In this document: piece by piece, positions 11,301-23,965 of the stretch
Numbering within the stretch: the stretch's first letter is position 1
Layout: every line of letters starts with the position of its first letter
Source of the DNA: Hydrolagus colliei
Taxonomy: Eukaryota
Direction of reading: 5' to 3'
Length of the DNA stretch: 64,000 nt
NCBI GenBank assembly: GCA_035084275.1
Contig: CM068742.1
Span: 123,070,001 to 123,134,000 of the forward strand
Made by a program: the position numbers and the translations under genes
Notes under the pieces: model-generated
The model's database searches: none
What the model was told of the DNA's origin: nothing
What the model saw: only the letters and a program-made list of their open reading frames with translations

Positions 11301-13199
11301 CCAAGTTAAGAGCGTATTTTATGTTTATATTTAAAGAGAAAGGAGCTTTTAACAAAATTCCCCTTTTTTAAAAAAAATCTTCGGTCTAACTGTCAGAAAA
11401 GTTGCAAAAAGTGCGGTACAAATGAAGGACTGGTCTCGCATTTCAACGCAATTTATTTTTTCTCCTCCCCTGTTGTTTCCTTCAGTCACAAGATTATAAA
11501 TTTTTTTTCACTTTTGTGGGTTTATATTATCTAAAATTACAACATTATGAGTTTGATTTACTTAAAAGGAACTTATTATCTTGCCAGTGCTATCTGGGTC
11601 CAGTCAATAGATTGGATCACGTTCAAGTTGATAACACCAGCTGGCTTTCTGAGTCAGGACTGCTTCTTCCTTTGATATAATGAGGGGCAGTGCAGTACCT
11701 TACCAGGGAGCAGTGGTTAGGGTAGGGCAGAAAAAAAAAATTTAATTTGATTTATACCGTAAAAACAAATCTTTGATTTTGTTTCCTGCCTGAAATTGAA
11801 CCATGAACCACTCGGATCATTCGTAAATTGGGTAATGGTTGAATAAAAGAATAAGACACAGTACAGATTCGTATTTGAAACTTTGTATTCGTGTAAGTGA
11901 ATTTGATGAGAAGTAATTATTGTAGCACAGAGTGCTAACTCGAACATTGTTGGATCCTCAGGCATTGACTTTGTGTATGTGTGTGTGTAATGGGAGGGGG
12001 ATTTTGTTATGACTCTAAGCTGAAATATTTGTTTTGTACTTTAATTTGTAATTTACTTCAGACATTCAGTGAAATGCAGCATTCACTTATAGAACAAGAA
12101 TCCTGGCTGGAATCTGCTTTTGGATATTGCTAACATTCAGCATTGACATCTGATGTTATATCTCTTTTATTCTATAAACATTGTGCAAATCCTGCCCTTT
12201 TTAATATGTGGGTTATCTAGTTTATAGTAGCGGATACAGTCAAAATCCTTCAATGCTGACCTGCTCTAGCATGGCAGCTTTGTCTGTTAATTAAAAGTCA
12301 AAATGATGGATAAATACAGCTAATGCTAAATTATCGTTAAATAATTGACTGAAAAAGAAGTTGGATTTTTTTTTACACACATTTGTGTTATTCTGCTTCT
12401 CCTTTCTTCCTGATGCCAGATCTGGGCAGCAAAGTAGACTTTGGAGACTCGGATATAGCAGGAAGTAGTGTCACTGTTGTCTTTGCTGGGGTACTAAGAT
12501 TCTGCAATCACCCCATAATGTGCTGTTGTTAATAGGTGGTGTTACAGAAGGGGAGATGTGTCTGTTCTATCCCTGTTTGGGAACTATTGGGCCCTGAAAG
12601 GTTCCACTTTCCCAAATATAGTCAAACATGTTCAAGAAACCACCTCCATTCAGAGGTCACCCTTATATAAAGGCCATTTTGTCCATGTCGCCTGAGAGGT
12701 TGCCAAAGACAGGTTTGACTGAATTTCTTTCACTCCCTTCTGCTTGGAATAATAATAATATTTGCATTTGATATAACACCTTATCAGGTCTTCCAGATGT
12801 CCAAAAGACGTATATAGGATATGGAGGCATGGGTTAACTGAAAATTCAAAGATGTTCTCTATATCCTCAAACACAAATAATAGAGGATCAAGTTCTGTAG
12901 TGAGTTTCCACAGTGGGTTTTCACCTGAAGTTAAAATCGAGTGCAGACAAATGGATTAAAATGTCTTCAGTCTGATAGCTCTAAGGATACTCTTTGAAAT
13001 ATATTTAATACAGTAAAACTTCAATAATCTGACATTCTGAAACCCGGCAACTCCCTAAAACTGTAGGGAGTTGATTATCAACGTTTGATTATCAGATCTG
13101 TTATAAACTATCCCAATTTTCCCTCTTTATTGTTTGATAATAGATTTGTTTTATAAATTAAGAAATCATGATCTAACTTTGTGCCATTTCTGTCAATTT

Positions 13200-13312
13200 T
13201 TATTCACTCACAAAAAAAGTCACTGCACTTTACAATGAAATCCTGTGAAGAGGTTTAAGATGTCCTTCCCATGTGAATGATGCTATGGTATATCAAATTT
13301 AAGGATTATTAT
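13200..13312 (+). mobile_element. SINE 3' fragment with L2-type tail
   Basis: cctgtgaag...ttt.agatgt...tatatcaaat...aaggattattat, shared with the full copies at 32884, 51727 and 56800. Confidence 0.7.
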
Positions 13313-14109
13313 TTGGGGGCCTTTTCGGGAGTAAGTTCACCAGGGTTTGGATTTCCTTGATTTTTACATAACATTTCAGAGCATGCAAAACTTGGCAAAT
13401 TGTGGAATACAGTCTGAACTTCAAAGTCTATTTTCCATAATTCTTTAAGAGAATGTAGAGGAAATAGGTGTCAAAATTATGACTATTTAAGAGTTCATCA
13501 AACTCTGGAAGCATTCCACAAGAAGAAAGTAGATCCAGTAAATCCAGATCCAAGTGTATTTTCAACCCCCGTTTTATGACCTATGGCCTGGCTTAGTTAA
13601 AACATGGCTTTATTTTGGCACCTTTTACTCATTGATCTGTTTCCCGCATTAGGAAGCTTGCCAGAGAGAAGAGAAAATGTTTGATATAATGTTTCAAGGA
13701 GTTGCATGTCTTAATAAGTAGTGGCACTGGTGAAATTGCAACTCTACCAGAAAGAAACAATCGAAAATTGTTAGCTGTCCTTTTAAGCATAAAATGTAAA
13801 CTAAGGAGGTGCCACACTCTTGCTCGCTGGCTGGTTGAATGTTTAAATGTGTACCCCTCTGCATTGTTAGCAGCCTGTATCTCGTTCTGTATTCCATAGG
13901 TAGCGTGATAATCTGCTAAATTAACTTGTTTTAGTTATTTGTGCTGTTCTCCAGCCATAGAGACCAATAGACATAGCATTGCTCCATTGTAGCTAAATAG
14001 GAGAACAACAACAGACTGTTTTGTGTATTGAAAGTAAAAGCTGTAATTTTTAAAAAATCACTTTCCGTTAAAGGAATTGCAATAGAAAATTATGATTTTC
14101 CTTCTAATG

Positions 14110-14319
14110 CTAGGGAAGAGCCCTTCAGTTACTGGCCACTGCAAATGTTTGTTGCCCATTCATTGCAACCTTTCCTTTCAATGCTGTGCGCAAATTGGCT
14201 ACTGTCTTTGCTACAAAGTACTGTATATACAGTTACTACACTTTCCGATAATTCCTGTGAAGACCTTTGAGATGCCCTCCAGACACGAAAGGCGGTATAT
14301 CAAATGTGAGGATTATTAT
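14110..14319 (+). mobile_element. SINE 3' half (Deu-type segment plus L2-type tail)
   Basis: tgctgtgcgcaaattggct...ctgtgaagacctttgagatg...gaaaggcggtatatcaaatgtgaggattattat. Confidence 0.75.
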
Positions 14320-16317
14320 CGTTGGTACTTTAAAAAAAACTGTTTCTGTTGTGACTTCCCAACATCCCAAATATATCATCTTTCATTTGTTACAGCTTGT
14401 TCACAGCTGATTTACGAGGCCTGCTGTCTAGCTCCTTGCTTCAAAGTCGGGACCCTGCAATGCAAACCACTGCATCTTGTGGAGTTTAATTGACCAGAGC
14501 TGATTTGTTAAAAACAAATCGATCGTGTCCACATTCAGCCTTGAGCCTGGTACTACCTGAAGCCCTTGACCTCTGCTGTCTGGGTCACAGAACGGCTGCT
14601 AACTGCTTGACTTTTCCATTGTTAGTTGTGTCACAATTTCCTTCAATTCTGTGCGGGGATTGCTAACACAGGGGTCACTGCTCTGGTGTTCCAACCCAGT
14701 GGAGTGCACACTTCCCTTGGGAGCATTTGTGCTTCTGTTTTATATGATTTGGCTGAAGCTTTTGCTTTCTTTTGGATGTTGACTGACTTGCGGACAAATT
14801 AGCAAGCTTCCCCAGAGTCTTGGATGATACCAAGAGCCTTCCTCAGGGTTATTCCAGATAACTTGCATCCAAGACCCATGCGCTGGGAATACTTCCGAGT
14901 AAATCCACTTTAAATGAACAAAATGAACACAGAAGAGCAAATTTAAATTTAGGATTTACAACTCTTAAGACTTTCTTTTCTTGAAAACGAAACACATGTA
15001 ATTCAATTTGGACAATATCACAACTGACCACTGCATTCATTTGCAACTCTATACCTGTGTTCTCTTATTCTACTTTCTCTACTACCCTAAATTAATGGTC
15101 ATATTAAGCGTTTACAGTCAAACCCTTTTGAAAATTGTATACACCTCCATAAGGTCCATTAGATGGGAGAGAGGGCTTTGGCGTTGGTGGTGGGCAGCGA
15201 TGGGGGCAAATGGCCTGCCCTCCCCATGCAAATTGCCCCCTTCTGATGACCCCTCGCCATGCCCACTCGCTATGTCCACTTCCCTATTCCTCTCCCCCCA
15301 CCCACATGCAACCTGGTCCCTCCCCATACGGTCTGTCCCTACTGGGACCCCCTTTTTTCCCCTACTTAAGTGTATGTGCCAGGGGAGGGGAAGAGTGATG
15401 ACATTTGGTGATGGTGGTGTGTTTACTAAGTAAACGAGCTGGTGATTTTATCAGTGAATATAGGTGGTATGTGAAAGGTAAGGGGTCTGGGGGTGTGTTA
15501 GGATCTTACATTTGGTGATGAAGCGACCATGTCTTAATCAGCAGTTTTTCATCTGCAGCCATTTGCCACCTGATGGAGTTTAACATTGTTTGGTTTGGTT
15601 TTGCAAGTAAAATAAGTCACACGGCTGATGGAGTCTGAGGATTGCATCAGCTGTGGGACAACACCTAAACTCCAAGGTAACCTTTGGCTGTGTTGTGCTG
15701 AGTTGCGTCACCCCAGTTTTGTGATGCACCCTCATCGCAACCCTCAATGTTAGGATGATGTGAAACAACGCTTAAACGCGTGATTTAGTTTTGGAGGGGG
15801 TGGGAGGATGGAAGAGAAAGTTATGCAGTTTCTTACCAAATTTGCCTAATTAAGTTAGTTGCAATTTGTTTTTAATTTAATTGTAGTTTAGGGGTAAAAT
15901 GAAGTATGTGATGTTATCACCAGTGATAAAGTCATATGCTACATTCTTTTCTTCCTCATAAATGTAACTAGCATAACCCAGCAGCAATAGAATATGCAAT
16001 GGAGATATTGTAGGTGGAGAGAGAGGAGGGGGCAAGATATTTTGTTAGGGTTAGAAATGATCATATATGTGTAAAAATTTGATTTGGCTCTTGATCAACA
16101 TAACGTTTCAGTGTCCAGATTTTGTCAAAATCTTATATGTAGTTGTTCATTTTTAAGCTATTTTTTCTGCAAATTCTGTTAATAAAATAGGCTGCAAAAT
16201 TATAATGTACTCAACAATTTGTGTACCTCATGTGTGAGTTTTTTGTGTGTGTTCTATGTGTGTGCTGTGTGTGTGCATGCATGTGTGTGTGTATGACTAC
16301 ACTATGCCACTACAAAA

Positions 16318-16630
16318 ACAACTAAATTATACTTGTATAGTGCCTTTCGCGTCAGGAGGACTGGGCAGTCATTGCTTCAGACGCGAGCTGGAGTCGGGGA
16401 CGGGGAGGGTGGAGGGAAAGGGGGGATTTGGGGTGACCGATGGGACTGTCGAAGAGGAGGACTTGAAGTGGGTCTTGAAGGAGGCCAGGAAGGGGGTGAG
16501 GCGGAGGGACTGTGGGATGGAATTCCAGAAATTATGAGCAGGGTGGCTGAACGTTCGCTCACCAATGGTGGGGCAGGTGGGTTGGGTGTCATGGAGCAGG
16601 CCAGAGCCTGCTGAGCGGAGACTAGGAAGG
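16318..16630 (-). mobile_element. L2-clade LINE 3' fragment
   Basis: Minus-strand peptide TIGERTFSHPAHNFWNSIPQSLRLTPFLASFKTHFKS matches the L2 ORF2 C-terminal pattern (G.RAFS..AP.LWNSLP..LR....L..FK..LKT). Same family as the copies at 26590 and 30667. Confidence 0.85.
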
Positions 16631-18389
16631 AGATGACATTTACAAATTCCTGCCATTTCTTGAAGTGTGTGGTAAATTTGGAGTACTTTGATGTATTTTT
16701 TGGACTGTAGTTTTGTTGTGGCGCACTAACCAAAGTGAGCTATTTTTCTCAATCCCCTTTCATTACCCACCCACCCTCAACATGAACAATATAAAGACTT
16801 GTGCCAAATAAATGAGATATGAGCTCCTGAGAGATTGTTGCACTTTCCGAAATAGACACCGATTTAAAGAAAGCCTGACATGCACAGAGGGAGCAGGGCC
16901 CCTGATCTCATGTTTTTTTGGAGTCCATGTGATACATATTCCATTTCTTCTCTTTGAGAAGAACTGTTTTTTTTTATTTGAGTACTTAGTGGGTGTTTAG
17001 TTCTTGGCTGCTGCAAGTTCCTCATGGTTGGATATCAGGAGCAGACAGTTTGGAGATGGTGGGCGGCCACATTCTTGATCCCATTGCTTTGTGTTATTTG
17101 TTTGCTCGGTGATTTCCAAGACTAGCCTAAGGTGATGAACACTCACCACTATTTTATCTGTCCTACAGGGACATGTCTGGCCACCATTTTTAAATTATCT
17201 CCTGATTGCACCAGTGAGACAAATTGGGTTAACCCTGCATTCATAGCGGTCTATGTTGGGGGCATTTATTTTCTCCTTTGGAATGCAAGAGAAAAATTAT
17301 TTCTTGGCATCTCCTTTTCATTCCTCGGCTCAATTTTCTATCTCCGGAGTAGAAGCTTATTCACTGCCGTCTCAGTCGTTCCTCGAATTGGAGTCCATCT
17401 CCCCAGTGAGGCCCTGAAAAAACGTCTATAACTCAATTATAGCGTCTTCATTGAGGTATTCAGTCTGTTCCTTGGGAGCTAGCAATTCCTGGAACCTTAG
17501 TACATACTTTACATTGAATCCAGAATCTTGCATGCAGCTGTCAGACATTTAAGTGATAACTCAGATGTACTATCATAAATCATGGTTCCACTGAGCATGG
17601 GGAACTATTGATTGATCCCATCGAATAATGGAATTTTTATGCCAATTAATAAATGATGCAAAGAACCTAAGTATAATAACGTTATGGGAAAGCAATTTTG
17701 ATACTTTGCCACTTGTATCTTGGGTAAAGGGTAGCCTTTCCATTCTGTGCACAGTGTAATTGAGAACTGCTTCTCCTGTTTGGAGTTTTGGTGATGTGAA
17801 AGTTTTGCACTGTGAACATTTGAGAATTTAGTCAGATTCAAGGAATTTTCTTTCTCTCCTTCCCCAATAGGTTTCTATTGAAATAATTTTCCAAAAGGGA
17901 GCTGGTTCATGGGAAAGTTTTTTTCCCCCGCCTCACCCCTGGACTTGGCTAATGTTTACAGATGGTTAGAGACTGGAAGAAAATCAGAACTGCAGTTGAC
18001 ATTTCAGTTGACATTAGATGAATGTAAAAAGGTAGTCTCACATTTTTGTTGCGTTCTACAGGCAGCAAAGAGTGGTTCCCAAAACTGCAATTTATAAGAA
18101 CAAGTAGTGCACTTACTTGATGCTAAAGGATAATTAAAGCCGAAAAGTTGCAGCTCTCTGCCATTTCTGAAGCTCAATCATACATGAGTAGTCAGTGAGT
18201 CTTTTCATAACAATGTAGCTTTGGCAGATTGCGTTGAGAAGCCTGTGTCAGAAAATGCCACCCTTTGGCACTCAACCATCCAAGCTGGAGAGGGATGAAA
18301 GTTTGATAAGACAGCATGTGTAGAGGACTACACACACAAGGTAAGATCCATGGGAGAGAGAGAATCCTCAGCAAGATCAGTCTCATTGG

Positions 18390-19260
18390 AAGCTGGTGAT
18401 GTTAGGGGTTATTCTCATTGGCTCACAATGCTCTGAACCTATGTCACATTAAGGGTTACAGCAGTGAACCAATGACATACATAAAGTGAAAGGTTTGCAC
18501 TCCAGTAATAATCAGTTGGTATATGAATAATAAGTTGTCAATGTCTGGGTGAACACACAACTCCTTTGTGATGAATGATTGACTCAACTTCCAAGCATAA
18601 AGAGAAGCTCCCAGGATGGATCCAGGGAGATGGAAGATATAGACTGCTACATTGGCTACTTATCTCTTGCAGGCATCTGTAGTCTCAGCAGCCAGTATAA
18701 GTTGCATTGATTAATGAGGTCTATGGCATTGTCTACACTAATTGGAATTGCCAAAAATTCAAGCAAAACCTCAAAGTGGTTGGACCTTTTTGTGAGAATC
18801 CCACATATTAAACATATTGAGAATATGACCGTAGTGAGGAGTCTTAAGATTGTGGACATGAATTGTATCCAACACTGCATGGCCTGAGATGGATGACCTA
18901 CCTGGATTTTACAAATAATGCCTGTGCCACCCAGAGGAATGGGAATGGTTGTGACAGTGCACTGCAGGAGAGGAGAATCAAATGTATGCAGGGATATCAG
19001 GGCCATATCTCACTTTCACTAATGTTCTTCCGACATCTGGAGCCTGGCATCCCTCACGGTACCATGGTTCATTTAATCCCAGAGCACAAATCGATATAAG
19101 CCATTTGTCGTACAGCAGTGCTGTATGGTGACTGTTCTGTATGAGGTGCAGGTGCTGGTGGTGCTCACTCTCCAGATGGTTCAGGCTGATCTGAAGAAGG
19201 AGAAATATCAGCCGTATGTGTAACACCATATACACCATAATCCCATCTATGGACTGAACT
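18390..19260 (+). mobile_element. Highly decayed RTE-clade LINE reverse transcriptase fragment
   Basis: Frameshifted remnants in the expected RT order: EDIDCY (DLDYADD-like), TSKWLDLFV, TYL, RDIR..ISLSLMFFRHL, I*AICRTAVLYG. Aligned by eye only. Confidence 0.4.
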
Positions 19261-19410
19261 ATCTATACATCATTGAGGATATAACGTTATGATGCATATA
19301 CTAAATCCACCGCATCAACCACTTTGTAGAATCATGGGAAATACACTAAACTGATAAGTTGACCTGGTTTTAATTATCACTTAAGCCATCTCAATATTCC
19401 AACTGCAAAT

Positions 19411-19510
19411 ACACAAAATACTGCAGATGCTGGAAATCTGAAACATAAATAGAAGTCGGTGGGAACACTCAGTAAGCTAGGCAGCATCTATGGAGAAAGG
19501 AAAAGTGAGT
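19411..19510 (+). mobile_element. Single arm of the Penelope-type foldback repeat
   Basis: caaaatactgcagatgctggaaatctgaaa...gggaacactcagtaagctaggcagcatctatggagaaagg, a close match to 52538-52635. Confidence 0.75.
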
Positions 19511-20126
19511 CCTCCAGACATGAAAGGTGCTATATAAATGTAATATTGTTGTTACCAGTAGTTTACTGTACATTCTTGCCATGAACTGATTTTCACATTG
19601 GGAGGACATCCCAAGGCGCTGGTTCTAGACCCAGGTTGAATGCTTTCTACTACCCCTCCACCCCCCCACCCCTTCCCTGACTTTTTTCACTTTTTAAGGC
19701 AAAAAATGATTTGTTTTGAAAGATTCAATTTTGCTTAATGTGCTAGACTTGTCTGCAATAATTTCTCAATGAAGGTGCACAGTACTGCTCACGCTATCTT
19801 TGTTTAGCCTATTCCAGATTTGAGTGCGAACTCAAAATTAAGAGGGTGGTACAGAAAATGTAAAACTAAACAAAGAGATAGAACTGGAGTTCTACTCGGA
19901 TGTGTTTATGCAGGTGAAACAAAACACTACTGTCCTCCTTTAGATAAGATAACAAAGTGCCTGTCACAAAAGAATTAGAGAAATTTGCAATTTTTCTAGG
20001 TGAAAATACTGTAGTGTTTATTTAAGTGAGTGGTGAGCCTGAGTCATTGAATGAATTCATGCAATCGCTAGACATGTCCCAGTTTAGGCAGCTTGTGAGG
20101 TAAAATCTGATGCCACAGTATTTTCA

Positions 20127-20275
20127 GTGGCATCAGATTGAAGAATTTCAAAGCTTGACAGGAGTTTCTCCTTGTACCTTGGCCAACAATCACCCAGGAT
20201 AAAGTTAGTCATTCATGTTATCGGTGTTTGTGGGAAATGCTGTGTGCAAATTGGCTGCTGCACTAACATACAAAT
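20127..20275 (+). mobile_element. Deu-domain SINE fragment
   Basis: ggagtttctcc...ttggccaacaat...tgtttgtgggaaatgctgtgtgcaaattggctgc, similar to the copies at 38470 and 61550. Confidence 0.65.
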
Positions 20276-21699
20276 ACCCAATAAATTATTTTTATTTTAT
20301 AAGTTTTCTCCCTCACTCTATGATGGTTGTCAGTCTTCGAGAACCAAAAAATGTAACTGTGGCAGAAGAAAGGAAATTACAAGTTGTCCAACTCAGCCGT
20401 GGCTGGGAATACTTCCACTTTCAAACCTCGATCAAACTTAAAAAAAAAACATTTTCACAAAAACTACTGAACTCCATCAGCAAGAAATTGAAGCAAGAGT
20501 AGAAGAGTTTCCTCTGAGGAAGGCGGATATTTGTCTTATTCTGAATGTTAGGGGAAAGGGAAATGGTGAAGGAAAGCACCTTGTTGTCTTATTGCTGAGG
20601 TAAGACCTTATGCAAAATACATGTTGGAAACCCTCCAAGTATCTCAAGGAAGTGGGATTAATATTACTGTAAGAAAAGTGGCTTGACTCCGGTAAATCGT
20701 GTTTGTTTTCAAAATGCATTCGAACTGTTCTTGTACATTAATGCTCAGAAAGCAAATTGAAAGGATGCATACCCATTGGAATCCACTAAAGAGTGGAGTA
20801 CAGTAGTTGCCAGCAAGACACTTGCTGAATAATGTGAACTTTAGTCCACCTGTCACATCAGGGCAGGAGCATTTTAAGTATTTTTATGCTTCTTTTTTTA
20901 AAATTGTTGTGAGATTCCCTGATTCTGTCATGGCAGGTCTCTGCGGCATCTACTCATGGCTGCAGTTTAATAGTCATAATTACAACTATATGTAAAAAAT
21001 ACGAGCACAACAAAAATATCCCTTGTTTACATGACTGCCTTATAAAATGTGCCACAGCATGACCAATGGCAATTATAGGGTATATTCAAAACTCTGCATT
21101 CTTTTGGATTTGGAATAATTATTGTTTCTCTATGGCTTTTTAAGACTTTAACTCTCTAATATCTGTCTCATGTTTGATGAGACCACAGCTATGGTGGTAA
21201 AGTTTTATATTCTCCACCACAAACTCTTTTAAAAATACTCTTCCTACCTTGCAAAATAAATCTGGCTTTGCATGACCACCAATGTGACAGAGGACTGTGG
21301 GCGGTGTTGTCATCATAACTAGAGCCCAGCATCGCAGACCTTTACAGAGTCATGCCTTCACCTCCTTCCCAACCAAAAGCAGGTGCTTGGAAATCCACAC
21401 CTTCTATGTTCGAAATAATACTACACTCAATTAATAAAGTTGGATCAATAAATCCAGTCTGTTCACAAACTTCATATCGGATAGGGTTTCTCCCCTATGG
21501 ATTAAACCCCACTCAGTTTGTAGTCAAATAAACATTTGAGCCTTTCAAAATGTAATTCCTTTCTATTTGGTGAGCTGCTTATTATTCCTAATTATTGATC
21601 TGAGGTAAATTTTGAGAATTTTACTTCTATTTTGATTGGAAGGAAGGAAGGTATGTTTGTCATTTAACTGCATCAGAGCCAATATGTGGTCGTGAACCA

Positions 21700-21930
21700 T
21701 TTCCTTCATGCCGAGGGCTTTTGAAGATGTGGAATGCTTGGTTCCAAAAAGCTTCGAGGTGGAATCAACAGGGAGGCTTAAAAGATAAAGAGAGACAGAT
21801 ACTTGGGGATATTAAATGGTGTGGTGAAAGGGAACGGCATTGGTATTAACAAATCTACCAAGATCTAATAAACTGGTGGAACAGGCTCGGTGGCCTGAAT
21901 AGCCTTGTTGTGTTTCTGTTTTCCTATGTT
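21700..21930 (+). mobile_element. CR1 LINE 3' end
   Basis: Decayed ...tgtggaatg... ORF2 end and CR1-type terminus ggtggaacaggctcggtggcctgaatagcct...cctatgtt. Confidence 0.65.
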
Positions 21931-23823
21931 ACTAAGTCCACTTTCAGTACAATGGAAGGAAACTAAGTCAATGTCTTTGATCTGCATGTATTACAGATAT
22001 TCATTTTCTCTTTGTAGCCAGTTTTCCCTTTAAGATCCTCCTTTGTGACATGTTAACGTTTCCTTTCATATTTTTCAGACTAATTAGTGAGTGCCTTGGA
22101 GGTGCAGGTCTCTTAGATCTGCAAAGTTAGCAGTCCTGACATTACTGATCGCAGCTATTGTCAAGGTGGCATGTTTGCCACTGTCAAAGATAGGGTCTTG
22201 GATAAATTGGTGTGCCTACAGGATACTGGAAATCTATTTGGGGTTTTGATAAAAGATGCACTCTTCACTTGAAAGCACCTGAGAGATTACCCCAAACATT
22301 ACTGGTCTTTAAAACTCGGCAGAGCCATATATTCTTTCATCTTTCACTTAACATTGCTGGGATAGACACAATAATAATTCACTTCAACCTGTTGGTACAA
22401 TCTCACACAATCTTACACAGCATTTTATGGAAGGGAACAACAAATTCAAATAGGTACATCAATACAAATAGGATATTGAATGCTATAAAAAACTTATGAA
22501 AATATATGTAAAAAATAATTATATAAGATATAAACATTTATACATTTGGATGGACCTGCATGCAAATTGGATGGGTCGTAATACACTCAGTCTGGCTTGT
22601 AGTATGCTGCACATTGTGTGAGTTATTGTGATTTATTATCTCTCCTGATTTTTAGATAAGGATACTGCCCATCATTAGACTGAATGACAGTAAACATGTG
22701 TGCACCCACACAACAGTGCCCATGTCTAGTTTAACAGCAACATGAACGCAGCACTACAATGCATTACAACAATAACCTGATGATTATGATACCCATTTGG
22801 TAACTGGATGTTTAAACATACAGATAAAGGCCGCTGTCCTCAATTGTGATATCTTTGGAACTTCCTTTCTAGATTTTTATACTTTGCGTGCATTTGGGAT
22901 TGACTAGGTGGTTATGAATAGAACTATTTCACAAGTACAGTACTTGAGAGTCTGCATGGAGTAGTGTAGGCAGAGCTCAGCTATTGTAACCCAACCACAA
23001 ACTACCCTTATGTATAGACTTGCGTGATTGAATTGCGCCCACAGAGTGATCCCTTAATGATATACATCACATTCACAATTGCGGAGCAACCAGAAATTCA
23101 GTCCAATGCATTTGGATTATGGTCTGATGTTTCACCAAAGTTGTTACACATATTTAGACGTTCCTGATGTGAAATTACCCTCCCCTTTTCTTATGTTTAT
23201 GTTATTGGTGTACATCTTTTACAGACTGAGCTGAGAGAATCTGTACTGTATTCCAAAATATAGTACTGTAGTCCCTAATAGTTTTGAGATCAGCTGGAAT
23301 ATTTGATGAAACCTTCTGAAATAATGTCCCCAAATAGTTTGTCAGATGATCCAACCACAGTGGATGTCTAGGGATTCATAGATAGCTGATGTGTGCAGCT
23401 CCTCACTGGGTAACTAACGAGTGGTTTTGTAAATAAATTAATAGGAGTCCTTGTTCAGAACACGTAACAGAAGCAGGCCATCTCGAGTTACCTCGCTGAC
23501 TCACAGAGTGCAGAGAGCACTTCTACAGTCAGTGAATTCAGCCTGTAATTTTACCCCAGTTTCTGAATGCCTCTGATTTGAGCAGCACACTGTCCTTTAT
23601 TATTGCCCTCTAAAAAGTAGACTTTATGAACAGGAGCATTTAAATAAATAGATGGACTTTGTTCAACAACAACAACTTAAATTTATATAGTGTTCAGAAA
23701 TCAGTAACAAAGTAACAGTGGCCGTATAAACTAATCTTCCTCCTTTATGGGTTACCTGATTTTTAACGGAAGATTACAATTACCCGTTTTTTTCTTTAAG
23801 ACTCTTCTTTTGGTTTTAATAAC

Positions 23824-23965
23824 AATAATAACAAAATAATCCTTGCATTTGATATAGTGCCTTATCATGTCATTAAGATGTCTCAAAGAGCTTCATCAAA
23901 CATATTATAAAGTGGACTGACTGTGTATTTTGAGGCGAAATGCACCGACAAGTAATTTTGCAATT
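23824..23965 (-). mobile_element. SINE/L2-type tail, antisense
   Basis: aataatccttgcatttgatatagtgccttatcatgtc...gatgtctcaaagagcttca is the reverse complement of the common tail. Confidence 0.8.
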
